Shown: piece after piece, positions 40,228 through 49,486 of the stretch | Numbering within the stretch: position 1 is the first letter of the stretch | Layout of the letters: each line of letters opens with the position of its first letter | NCBI GenBank assembly: GCA_033763315.1 | Contig: JANRKS010000040.1 | Coordinates: 224,001-288,000, forward strand | Source: Deltaproteobacteria bacterium | GTDB taxonomy: Bacteria; Myxococcota_A; Polyangia; Fen-1088 | Reading direction: 5' to 3' | Length of the DNA: 64,000 bases | Made by a program: the position numbers and the translations under genes | The notes under the pieces: model-generated | Seen by the model: the letters and a program-made list of their open reading frames with translations, nothing else | Databases searched by the model: none | Told to the model about the DNA's origin: nothing

Positions 40228-43160
40228 GTTTTTGCACCTTGGGTGGACGGGATGCGCAGGATAACTTCAGTGCCCTGGCCAGGGGCCGTGTGAAATTCAA
40301 GCTGCCCTCCCACCCGTGTGGCCCGCTCGCGCATGCCTTGCAGGCCAAGACGTCCGTGCCCGTGTTGATCGAGTTCAAAGCCTTGGCCGTTGTCAGCGAT
40401 ACGCACAACGAAGCCTCCCGCTGGATTGGCATCCAAGTCGATCGTCACGTGCGGGGCAGCCGCGTGTTTTGCAGCGTTGGTGAGGCTTTCTTGAACGATA
40501 CGTAGCACGGCGGTCAGTGTTTCCGCTGACGCTTGGGGCTCCGGCCCCCGGATGGATACCGTGCAAGTCCCCACTTCCAAGGCTCGATAGTACGCTGCCG
40601 CCGCTTGCAGGGCCCCCACCAAGCCTTGCGCTGGTTGCCGCCGCAGATCCCAAATGAAGTGGCGGGTGTCAGATCGGATATGGCTCACGATGGCGCGCGC
40701 GGCGTCCACGTGGGGGCGCCCCGGATCGGCAGGCTGTGTCCGCTGCTCGATCGCCTTGAGGTGCAGCGCGATGCCTGTGAGACCCTGTTCAAGGGCATCG
40801 TGCAAGTCGCGCGAGATGCGCTGCCGCTCGTCCGCCAGCGTTTCAAACCGACGCTTTACATGGCGCACGCGCAACACCGAAACCAAAGTCGTGAGGCCAG
40901 CCAGAACAACCACCAACGCCAACAGACGCACTGTGGTGCGTTGGTACCATAAAGGTGGCAACAGAATTTGCATGCGCGTGATCGGCCCCCACACGCCATC
41001 TGGACCCGCGGCTTGTACGGCCAGATGATAGAGCCGCGGCGCGAGGTTGGTGAAGCTTGCGCCGCGCTCGCGCGCCAAGACCACCCAGCCCTCGTCGATG
41101 CCCTGCAACTGAAACCGAAACTGGCACAGCCGCGGCTCAAGGGTTCGCAAGGCCGTGAACTCAACATCAAGCCTGCCGGTCCCGGGTGGCAAAGTTACCT
41201 GCGAAGCCGGCGCAATCACGTGCCCCTCAGCGGTCAGTTTTTCAATGACCGTCGAGGGGGGAGCCAGCGGGGGCGTCACGCGCTTTGGATCCACCACCAC
41301 CACACCCGCGTTTGTGGAGAACCACAACTCGCCGCTTTGCATGCGGAACGCCGAAGGGCTTGCAGGAAAGCTAAATTCTGTGCTTTGCAGGCCCCAAGCC
41401 GCGTGCCACCGGCGCACTTGCCAACGCCCGTTCTCAAACCGCACGCGAAACAATCCGGCGCGTGAAGCCGCCCAAACGTCGCCTTGGGCGTCCTCCACAA
41501 GCGCCGTGACCGAACCCAGCAACCCGGCCGACACCCCGATTTTTTCAGCATGCGTGCCACGAACATGCACCAACCCTTCACGCGTCCCCGCCCATAAACC
41601 AAGCGGCGTTTCCACGAGTCCGTACACCAACGCGTCTTCCGAAACCGGTAGCCGAAGCTCTTGCACCAAACTGTCCCCTTGCACGCGATAGATGCAACCG
41701 TTTGCCCCCACTCGAAGTTGGCCGTCCTTTGTTTGCAGGGGTGTGGTGGCGATGAGGCCCGACGCATGTTTGGAATCAACCAAGTGCAGTTCACCTTCAC
41801 TTAAGCGCCCTAACCTTCCGCCCAGGTTCAACCAAAGCCCGTCCGACGTCGTGGCTGTCATCCCCCACACCGGCGTGACCCCGGTGGCCCCGCCGCTGAG
41901 TCCGGGCACGGGGACATGAGGGGACTCGGGCAAAGAACGCCTCCACAACTGATCGCCCGTGCCTATCAACAACCGCCCTGCGCTGTCTTGGTTCAAAGCG
42001 AGCACCGGGCTGTGGCTGCCTGGCTCGTTTGCCGCGTCAACGCGTTCGGTACGAGCGGCTCCAGATGGCGAAACGCGCATCAGCAATCCATCCTCGCCCC
42101 CTAACCAAACATCACCGTCAGCGCCTTGAAACAGCGCCGTCGTGAATGCGGACGGCAAGCCATGTCGCTGGTCCACGATGCGAAACGGCCGGGGGCTAAG
42201 CCGGGACAAGCCCGACGTGGTGCCGACCCACATCGTTCCCAAGTCATCGGCGGCCAACGCTGTCACGGTGTTGCCGGCGAGCCCCGCTGTGACGTCAAGC
42301 ATGGCAACCTTTTGCGGGCTTTGCAGCACGCCCACCCCGCCCCCCCACGTGCCAAACCAAAGTTGCGCTTGCATGTCCTCGGCCAGCGCCGTGATGCGCA
42401 CGGCAGGGACGCCTTCGGGCACACCGATGCGCTCAAGCTTGTCTCCGACAATGTGTATCAAGGCGCCGGCGTTCGTGCCGACCCACACACCATGATTTGC
42501 CGTCGACAACACACTATAGGCCCCGTCCTTCGTCATCGCCGTTTCGGCAGCGAAGCCGGTGCGCTGGCCATCGCGCCACCTCCAAAGCGCACGTTCACCT
42601 GGCGCGACCCACACGGAACCGTCCGCTGCGCAAGCCAAGCGTGACACCGCCCCCGCATCCACCTTACGAAGCCGTGCCCCATCGGCTTCCCACAACCCTT
42701 GTGTGGTGCCGATCCAAACATGATTGTCCGGACTTTGGCAGACACTAGCGATGTTGAGCGGGAACAGACCTTGCGCCACACCGAAGCGCGCAAACTGATC
42801 TGTGGCGCGATAAAACAACCCGCGGTTCAATGTGGACGCCCACAGCCCCCCCGCGTGATCGATCATGAGGGCACGCACTTGCGTTCGCTCGGCGAGGGAG
42901 GGCCCAAGACCCAGGGACCTAAACCTGACCCCATCAAAGCGCATGACGTCGCCGTGCAACCCCAGCACCAGATGACCCGCGCGGTCCCACGCCAGGGATT
43001 GCACAGCGGTTGAAGGCAGATCGTCCTGCACGCCCCAGCGTTCGACCCGGTAAAAATCAAGCGGCGACGCCGAGAGCACAGCCGCCGCGCACACGGGCTG
43101 CACCACCAACAACGGCCATAGCAAGGCCGCCACGCGCTGGATCCAGCCAAGGCCATTCAT
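40224..43160 (-). CDS. Sensor histidine kinase: periplasmic Reg_prop beta-propellers + Y_Y_Y + TM + HisKA_3/HATPase
   Basis: Signal peptide, repeated D..G.(L/M)W(V/I)GT motifs, FQLQGIDEGW...FTNLAPR, ERQRISRDLHD, QESLTNAAKHA, DNGQGF. Confidence 0.9.
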   Translation of the reverse strand: MNGLGWIQRVAALLWPLLVVQPVCAAAVLSASPLDFYRVERWGVQDDLPSTAVQSLAWDRAGHLVLGLHGDVMRFDGVRFRSLGLGPSLAERTQVRALMIDHAGGLWASTLNRGLFYRATDQFARFGVAQGLFPLNIASVCQSPDNHVWIGTTQGLWEADGARLRKVDAGAVSRLACAADGSVWVAPGERALWRWRDGQRTGFAAETAMTKDGAYSVLSTANHGVWVGTNAGALIHIVGDKLERIGVPEGVPAVRITALAEDMQAQLWFGTWGGGVGVLQSPQKVAMLDVTAGLAGNTVTALAADDLGTMWVGTTSGLSRLSPRPFRIVDQRHGLPSAFTTALFQGADGDVWLGGEDGLLMRVSPSGAARTERVDAANEPGSHSPVLALNQDSAGRLLIGTGDQLWRRSLPESPHVPVPGLSGGATGVTPVWGMTATTSDGLWLNLGGRLGRLSEGELHLVDSKHASGLIATTPLQTKDGQLRVGANGCIYRVQGDSLVQELRLPVSEDALVYGLVETPLGLWAGTREGLVHVRGTHAEKIGVSAGLLGSVTALVEDAQGDVWAASRAGLFRVRFENGRWQVRRWHAAWGLQSTEFSFPASPSAFRMQSGELWFSTNAGVVVVDPKRVTPPLAPPSTVIEKLTAEGHVIAPASQVTLPPGTGRLDVEFTALRTLEPRLCQFRFQLQGIDEGWVVLARERGASFTNLAPRLYHLAVQAAGPDGVWGPITRMQILLPPLWYQRTTVRLLALVVVLAGLTTLVSVLRVRHVKRRFETLADERQRISRDLHDALEQGLTGIALHLKAIEQRTQPADPGRPHVDAARAIVSHIRSDTRHFIWDLRRQPAQGLVGALQAAAAYYRALEVGTCTVSIRGPEPQASAETLTAVLRIVQESLTNAAKHAAAPHVTIDLDANPAGGFVVRIADNGQGFELDQHGHGRLGLQGMRERATRVGGQLEFHTAPGQGTEVILRIPSTQGAKT

Positions 43161-43200
43161 GCGTAACCTTCAATTATGTGGCTCCTTAACTGAATCGTCT

Positions 43201-43238
43201 ACCGGTTAGAATTAACCGGTCACTCTGTACGTAGTGAC
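43201..43238. promoter_or_regulatory. Two abutting palindromes in a divergent promoter region
   Basis: ACCGGTTA-gaat-TAACCGGT (43201-43220) and GTCACT-N8-AGTGAC (43219-43238). Confidence 0.5.
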
Positions 43239-43268
43239 TTCGTCTGAAGCGGGTGGTCTTTTAGGGGA

Positions 43269-44957
43269 ATGCTGCGAATCAGACCAAGTTGTGTGGTCGT
43301 ATGTGTATTGGCGGCCGGGTGTACCGGTGGAAATGCGGCCACCGATGACGCCAAGGCAGGTCCGGGCGGCCCCGACGATTCGCCCGGTGCCAGCTGCGAG
43401 GTGCAAAGGTCCTCTTTGCCGCGCGCGCGTTTGTGGCGCCTCACGGTGCCTCAGTACATCAACAGCCTGGAGTCTGTGTTCGGCAAGGGCATCACCAACA
43501 AAAAGCTGCCCATCGATCCCAGCACCCCCGGCAGCTTCGCCACGTTCGATAACGTCGCCAGCGCCGCGAGCGTTGATGATCAATTGTTAACCGCATACCG
43601 AGAGGTTGCGGGCGATGTGGCCATCAACGCGAAGAGCCGCCTGACTTCTGATTGGCCATGTTTAGTAAGCCAACCCGCTTCGCAGACCTGTGCAGAGAGC
43701 TTTGTCAAAGGCCTGGGACAGAAGTTGTTTCGACGCGCTTTGGACAGCGAAGAGCTGCAGCGCCACCTGGCGTTTTTTAAAAACAGTGAAAGCCGCTGGA
43801 ACACTGACGAAGCGGTCGCGCTGACATTGGAGGCGATGCTGCTGTCACCTCGCTTTCTCTATCGCAGTGAGTTGGGGCAGGCCGAAGATGGCTTGCAAGT
43901 GCTGACGCAGGACGAGTTGGCCAGCGAACTGTCTTACTTGATCGCCGACATGCCGCCCGACAACGAGCTTGTTGAGCTTGCGGTCGAGGGCAAGCTCAAA
44001 GACGTCGACGTTCGGCTCCAGCAGGCCCGGCGCCTTGCCGAGTTGCCCCAAGCGCACGACAAGCTTGAACGCTTCTTCTTCCAAGCGCTTCATTTACAGC
44101 CGCTTTCGCAAGGTGGGCTGGCGAAAGACACAGACCGCTTTCCGCAGTGGAGCGCCAGTCTGCAAGCGTCCATGGTGCAGGAAACCGAAACGTTCTTAGA
44201 CTCGATGGTTTGGAACGAGCAAGCCACGCTGCACGAGCTTTTTTCGGCCGAGCACAGCTACATAGACCAAAACCTAGCGTCCTTGTACGGCATCGCCCTC
44301 CCAGAGAATTTCGCGCCATTTTCCCGAATCAAGCTGCCCCCGCACCGCAAAGGTTTGGTGGGCCACGGTGGGCTTCTGGCCACGCTGTCACATGCGGAAG
44401 ACACTTCGGTGGCACACCGGGGGCTGTTGTTTAGCCAGGCTCTTTTGTGTCAACCGATCGCCTCGCCCCCGGCGGGCGCTGCGGACCAGGCAAGCCTCAA
44501 ACTGTTCAATCCAAACGACAAGGAGGCCACCGCACGCCAGCACTTCGAGTTTGCTCAAACCAACGCGCGAGAGTGCACGAGCTGCCATCAACAGTTCGCT
44601 TGGTTCGGCTTGGGATTAGAAAACTTCGATGCGATCGGCGCCCACCGCACAGAAACACAATTTAAGCGCGCCATCGATACAAAAATCACGCTCACGGACC
44701 AGGGCGACCTTGATGGCACCTATGACAGCAGCATCGAGTTGGCGGGCGCGATAGCCGCAAGCCCACGCGGGCAAGTTTGTTTTGCCGCACAAATGGCCTC
44801 GTTCGGGTTTGGCAAAGAGTTTGAGCCCGAAGCGCAATCGTGTGAGTTGGAGCGGCTCGTGGCGCCCGACAAAGAGCAACCACAGCGCGTGGCCGACATG
44901 CTGATAAACCTGGCGGCGCTACCGAGCTTTTCTTTGCGACAAGGAGGCGAACAATGA
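43269..44957 (+). CDS. DUF1592-family CxxCH lipoprotein (copy 3)
   Basis: Lipobox LAAGC, RLTVPQYINS, LFRRAL, SPRFLYRSE, CTSCH, LENFDAIG. Confidence 0.88.
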   Translation: MLRIRPSCVVVCVLAAGCTGGNAATDDAKAGPGGPDDSPGASCEVQRSSLPRARLWRLTVPQYINSLESVFGKGITNKKLPIDPSTPGSFATFDNVASAASVDDQLLTAYREVAGDVAINAKSRLTSDWPCLVSQPASQTCAESFVKGLGQKLFRRALDSEELQRHLAFFKNSESRWNTDEAVALTLEAMLLSPRFLYRSELGQAEDGLQVLTQDELASELSYLIADMPPDNELVELAVEGKLKDVDVRLQQARRLAELPQAHDKLERFFFQALHLQPLSQGGLAKDTDRFPQWSASLQASMVQETETFLDSMVWNEQATLHELFSAEHSYIDQNLASLYGIALPENFAPFSRIKLPPHRKGLVGHGGLLATLSHAEDTSVAHRGLLFSQALLCQPIASPPAGAADQASLKLFNPNDKEATARQHFEFAQTNARECTSCHQQFAWFGLGLENFDAIGAHRTETQFKRAIDTKITLTDQGDLDGTYDSSIELAGAIAASPRGQVCFAAQMASFGFGKEFEPEAQSCELERLVAPDKEQPQRVADMLINLAALPSFSLRQGGEQ

Positions 44958-46324
44958 CCACGGTCAAGGGCAAACGCTTGGTGAGGCGTCGCGATTTGTT
45001 GGCAGGCCTGGGTTCTGCCACGTTGATCCTGTCGCCGTTTGTTCGCAAGATGCGCGCGCAGGCGGCGGGCGTGCAATCGCCGGGAAACTTCTTCTTCTTT
45101 TTCACGAGCAACGGTTTCGTTCGTTCAGACTTTGGTTCGCGCGGGCAAGGGGACGCCTTCACGCTCTTGCCATCGTTGTCACCGCTTGAGCCGATCAAAG
45201 ATCAGATCACGGTGCTGCGCGGCCTATCAAACAAGTCCGCGCACGAGCGGGGGCAATTTCACTTCAACATTTCCCGGCTGCTCACGTGCGTGAGCGGAGA
45301 CTCGCCCTTCATTGGGTACGGCCCTTCCCTGGATTATGTGATCGCAGGCCTCACGCCCAACCCACCGTTGAACTTGATCACGTATTGGCCACGTGTTCCA
45401 AACATGTTCACGGTTCTGACTTGGCGAGGCAAAGGTCTTCGGCTGCCCCACATCAATGATTCTCGCGAGGCTTATAAGTTGGTGTTCGGCGGGTTGGCGC
45501 CAAGCGGATCGAACGCCGAAGTTGAAGACGCCCTCGCGAGGGAAAAGAGCCTGTTGGACTTTGTAAAGGCGGACATCACGGCGTTCAAGAGCCGCCTGCC
45601 CGCCAGCGCAAAGGCTGACGCCGACAATATGTTCGAAACGATTCGCAACCTTGAGACAAAGCTGACCAAGCCAATGATGAACGCAGCTGCCTGCAATGCA
45701 CAGGTTCTAGGCAAGGCGCGCACAACCGTGCCACCGCCTGACGCCTCCGCCGGAACCTACGACAAGGCTGCGTTCGAGCAGCACAACACGCTGCAAATGG
45801 ACTTCGCCGTGGCCACGATGGCATGCGGCATGCGCAATGCCGTCACATTCATGAATCAAGGTGGCGGCGGCGGTCTGAATCCCTTAAAGGGTGTTGGCAA
45901 AGCCGATGATCACCACGAGGTGAGCCACGGCGAAACGAGCCCCGGCGTCGCGCCGCTGGTCGAATGGAAGGCGATCGACAAGTACTATGCAGAGCGTTTC
46001 CGTTTATTGCTTGAAAAGCTCAAAACCGCAGGGATTCTGGACGACACCGTTGTGGTGTGGGGCAGCGAGATCGCCGAGGCCCACAGCCAGAACAACCAAA
46101 CCTTCGTTGTGGCGGGAGGCGCCAAACGCGGCATCGCCCACCGCAGAACGTTTGAATTTCCCTTTGCAGGCAACGAAATGGGGGGGCCAGCGGCGGGCCG
46201 CGACGCGCGCAACGCAAGCCTCGCAGACCTATGGGTAAGCGTTCAGAAAGCCTGTGGCGTGAACAGCGATGTTTTTGGGCAAGACTCCCAAGGTGGAATC
46301 TCGGGCCTGTGGAAGCCGGTTTGA
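44954..46324 (+). CDS. DUF1552 Tat-exported protein (copy 3)
   Basis: ATGA-coupled to the upstream gene. VRRRDLLAG, SLD, HHEVSH, SEIAEAH. Confidence 0.85.
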   Translation: MTTVKGKRLVRRRDLLAGLGSATLILSPFVRKMRAQAAGVQSPGNFFFFFTSNGFVRSDFGSRGQGDAFTLLPSLSPLEPIKDQITVLRGLSNKSAHERGQFHFNISRLLTCVSGDSPFIGYGPSLDYVIAGLTPNPPLNLITYWPRVPNMFTVLTWRGKGLRLPHINDSREAYKLVFGGLAPSGSNAEVEDALAREKSLLDFVKADITAFKSRLPASAKADADNMFETIRNLETKLTKPMMNAAACNAQVLGKARTTVPPPDASAGTYDKAAFEQHNTLQMDFAVATMACGMRNAVTFMNQGGGGGLNPLKGVGKADDHHEVSHGETSPGVAPLVEWKAIDKYYAERFRLLLEKLKTAGILDDTVVVWGSEIAEAHSQNNQTFVVAGGAKRGIAHRRTFEFPFAGNEMGGPAAGRDARNASLADLWVSVQKACGVNSDVFGQDSQGGISGLWKPV

Positions 46325-46326
46325 CC

Positions 46327-47895
46327 ATGCACAGGCTCCCGCGTCCAGCTTTCGTAAAGCGCGTTCTTCGACATCTGGTTATGGCGGGCTTGTGCCTGCG
46401 GGCGCCCCTTGCCGACGCGGCGGTGGTGGAGGTTCAAAGTGGGGGCGCCGACTTTCGGATCTACATTCCGCAAGGCAAACCTGTGCTCAGAGGCGTGATC
46501 ACATCGTTTAATGGCTCGGGCGCGGATTTTCGCGCGCAAAGTGATGATGCCACCATGCAAGCGGTCGCTTCATCATGGCGGTTTGCGTTCGTGGCCACCC
46601 GCGGTTTCGGTGGATCGGGAGCGGGGTTGGCAAACCAACTCAACGATGCGCTTGCCCAAGCGGGCGCACAGACCAATCATCCTGAATTGAAGAATGCCCC
46701 GCTGTTGCTTACGGGCTACTCGCTTGGCGGCGGTGCGGTGTGCGCCATCACCGAGGCGATTCCGCAGCGGGTGCTGGGCTTCGTGGCGATGCGAGGCGGT
46801 GGCAACCCGGGCGCGCTTTCAGCGCAGGCACAGCAGGTGCCCGGCTTGTTCGTGGTTGGCAGCGGTGACAGTGGGTCCAACCCTCGCGTTTGGGACATCT
46901 TTCGCCAATGGCGTTTCGAACGCAAAGCGGCGGTGGCCTTCGCGGTGGAATGGGTGGCGCGTCACGTACCGGTTCCGGCCGAAGACGGCATGGCCTGGCC
47001 TTTGACCTGGGCGTTTGCGCACGAGGTGATCAGGTTGCGGTACCCATCCGATCGCGCACCCACCGCAGACGCAGCCCCTCAACTGGAGCCGATCCCAGCC
47101 GCGAGCGTCTGGCATTCAGTGCCACCGCCTTGGGACCGCAGCACTGACGATCTCAGGTTTCCCACGATTGCACCCGCCGCGAGCTTTTCGGCGGTGCCCA
47201 CCGCAGAAGCCAATTGGCATCCCAGCGAAGCAGCTGCGCTTTACCATCGCGCATTTAACGCACGCGAGAAGCTTTCCCTCAACGTGCCTCGCAACGTGAG
47301 TCTGCGCTTCTCCTCGCCCGCCACCCGCGCCGGTTCACAAATCACGAGTGTGGATGGTTCGCAAATCGAAGTGGTTTTGGAGCCCCGCATGCTTGATGGC
47401 TTGTCACAAGTGCAAGTGTTCTTGGGTGCCAAAGCGCTGTTCGAACTTAAGGCGCCACCATGGAAGTTCTTCCTCAAAAATCTTCCGCCCGGCATTCACG
47501 CGCTGACCGCCATCGGTCGCATGGGCAGCGCCAGCTTCCCAACCTACGAAACCTTTTTGGTGCAAGGCGAAGCCACGTTTGGTGAGCCTGGCGTTGAGTT
47601 TGTTGATCCGCAGGGCGCAGAGTCGATGGGCGGTATGGGTGGTTCACCCGACACGGGCGCAGCTTCGGGCGGCAATGCGCAAGCTGCAGAGCCGCAACCG
47701 CAAGGGGGCGCAGGCGGTGCAGAGCCTACGCCCACTGATGATGAGGTTGAGCCTTCGCAGGATCGCCCACGAAATACAAACGGGTGCAGCTTTGGGAGCG
47801 GAAGCCGGGCCGCCGCAGGTGGGCCCACCCTGCTGCTATGGCTGGTTTGCCTTTATGTTGTCTTCACTCCGAGAACAATTCGGCGCCGCGGTTAA
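46327..47895 (+). CDS. Secreted alpha/beta hydrolase with Ig-like domain and MYXO-CTERM-like anchor
   Basis: Signal peptide, GYSLGG nucleophile elbow, low-complexity linker, GCSFG...hydrophobic...RRRG C-terminus. Confidence 0.7.
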   Translation: MHRLPRPAFVKRVLRHLVMAGLCLRAPLADAAVVEVQSGGADFRIYIPQGKPVLRGVITSFNGSGADFRAQSDDATMQAVASSWRFAFVATRGFGGSGAGLANQLNDALAQAGAQTNHPELKNAPLLLTGYSLGGGAVCAITEAIPQRVLGFVAMRGGGNPGALSAQAQQVPGLFVVGSGDSGSNPRVWDIFRQWRFERKAAVAFAVEWVARHVPVPAEDGMAWPLTWAFAHEVIRLRYPSDRAPTADAAPQLEPIPAASVWHSVPPPWDRSTDDLRFPTIAPAASFSAVPTAEANWHPSEAAALYHRAFNAREKLSLNVPRNVSLRFSSPATRAGSQITSVDGSQIEVVLEPRMLDGLSQVQVFLGAKALFELKAPPWKFFLKNLPPGIHALTAIGRMGSASFPTYETFLVQGEATFGEPGVEFVDPQGAESMGGMGGSPDTGAASGGNAQAAEPQPQGGAGGAEPTPTDDEVEPSQDRPRNTNGCSFGSGSRAAAGGPTLLLWLVCLYVVFTPRTIRRRG

Positions 47896-49129
47896 CGAGT
47901 CCCGTCATCCCCTGACCACCCATCAAGAAAACGCGTCCGTCAGATAGAGCCACGCTCTCGATCAATGACAGCGCTTGGCCAAGGTCGGACCCCGAAGTGA
48001 ATGTGTTTGTGGCAGGGGCAAAGATCTCGGTGGTGCGCAACGTGGATGAGGGGCCATTGCCACCCGCGATCAGCACGCGACCGCTGCCCAACCGAGCTGC
48101 GGTGTGATTGCGCCTGGGGCTGCTCATGGGGGGGCCAGCGATGAAGCGAGCCATGGCCGGATCGTACAGCTCGGTTGTCGCAAGTTCGTCACCGGCGCCG
48201 CTAGAGCCGCTTTGTCCGCCGACCACAAGGACACGGCCGTCACCAAGCGTCGTCGCGGTCGGGAAACGACGGCTCTGCAGCGCGTCTGCAACACGACGAA
48301 AGGTGGCCGTGGAAGGCACGTACACATAAGAATCGAGAACCGCTGCAGCGTTAGCCATCGTGCGCCCCCCGGTGATGAGCACGCTGTCGTCAGTGAGCTG
48401 CGCAAACGCCGCGCCTTGACGCTCCATCGGAGCATCGACAGTCGTCACCGGCGAAAACATTGACGTGGCCGGGTCGAAGACTTCCACCGTTAACGGCGTG
48501 CCGAGGGCGCCGCCACCCATGATCAGCACCTTCCCAGCCAACGCGCCCATCGAAAGCGTGAACGCGCCGTGCCCGAGCCGGGGGATCGACATTTCGTTCG
48601 CGACGCGCGTGAAGGCTTTCGTCGTTGGATCATAGAGTTCGGCGGTGCGCCACGTAGCGGCGGGCATGCCTCCATATCCGCCCGCGACCAGCACGCGGCC
48701 GTTTGCCAACAACGTTGCGCTGTGGCTGTGCCGGCCGTCCTGCATGCGACCCACCACGCTAAACGATCCGGCTGTCACATCATACAAAGTGGTATCGGTA
48801 AGACCGGACAAAGGACTGGGAAACTTGATGCCTCCTATAACCAGAACCTGCCGGTCCGCAAGTTCCACCACGGCATGTGCTTGCCGACTTACGTCTCTTG
48901 CGCCCAACGACATGATCTTGCCCATGGCGGATGGCCCCACCTCGCCCGCGAACGCTCCGTCTGCGAGCGCACTGTCGGCGACCGCTCCGTCGCTGCTGGG
49001 CGCATCTTGGCTTCCATCCGAGGATACGGCGGCATCGCCGCCGGGCCGCCTCGAGGATTCGTCCTCGCAGGCCGCCAACGCCAGAAGTGAAAGCGTAATC
49101 CATTTTGTTTCGCGGCCAAGCTTCTTCAC
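47864..49129 (-). CDS. Kelch-repeat lipoprotein
   Basis: Lipobox LAAC. Repeated H.AT.L.(D/N)GRVL(V/I).GG...ELYDP units. Confidence 0.88.
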   Translation of the reverse strand: MKKLGRETKWITLSLLALAACEDESSRRPGGDAAVSSDGSQDAPSSDGAVADSALADGAFAGEVGPSAMGKIMSLGARDVSRQAHAVVELADRQVLVIGGIKFPSPLSGLTDTTLYDVTAGSFSVVGRMQDGRHSHSATLLANGRVLVAGGYGGMPAATWRTAELYDPTTKAFTRVANEMSIPRLGHGAFTLSMGALAGKVLIMGGGALGTPLTVEVFDPATSMFSPVTTVDAPMERQGAAFAQLTDDSVLITGGRTMANAAAVLDSYVYVPSTATFRRVADALQSRRFPTATTLGDGRVLVVGGQSGSSGAGDELATTELYDPAMARFIAGPPMSSPRRNHTAARLGSGRVLIAGGNGPSSTLRTTEIFAPATNTFTSGSDLGQALSLIESVALSDGRVFLMGGQGMTGLVNRGAELFSE

Positions 49130-49486
49130 GACGGCAGTGTCACCCACTCGGGTGCGCCGTGCAACCGGCGTATCGCCCTATCGCCCCTCCTTCGGGTTGG
49201 GTCAAGCGGGTCGCACGCGAGTGGACGAAACCGGCAAAAGCGATCATCCGTTCACACAAGCGAATGCTTGATCGGATTTCGCGAGCGAGCACTAGGTCGT
49301 CAACGCAGGTGTTGCCGTGTTGCTGCGAATCTCGACCTTGATGAAGTTGTCCCAGTTCAAGCTTGCACGAGCGTGGCCTACGGGCCGGCGTAGGGACCGA
49401 CCCCTTTGCAGGACACGGAGTTGAAGTTGCCAAAGTCTCAGGCTTTCCCGCCGTCACCACTCGTCCTTGACGCTGGAAGCCCGGCC

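Noticed and set aside
49150-49486. 340-bp intergenic region with short hairpins (CAAGC/GCTTG, CCTACG/CGTAGG)
   Set aside because: No recognisable ncRNA family or consistent structure. It would need a covariance-model search.
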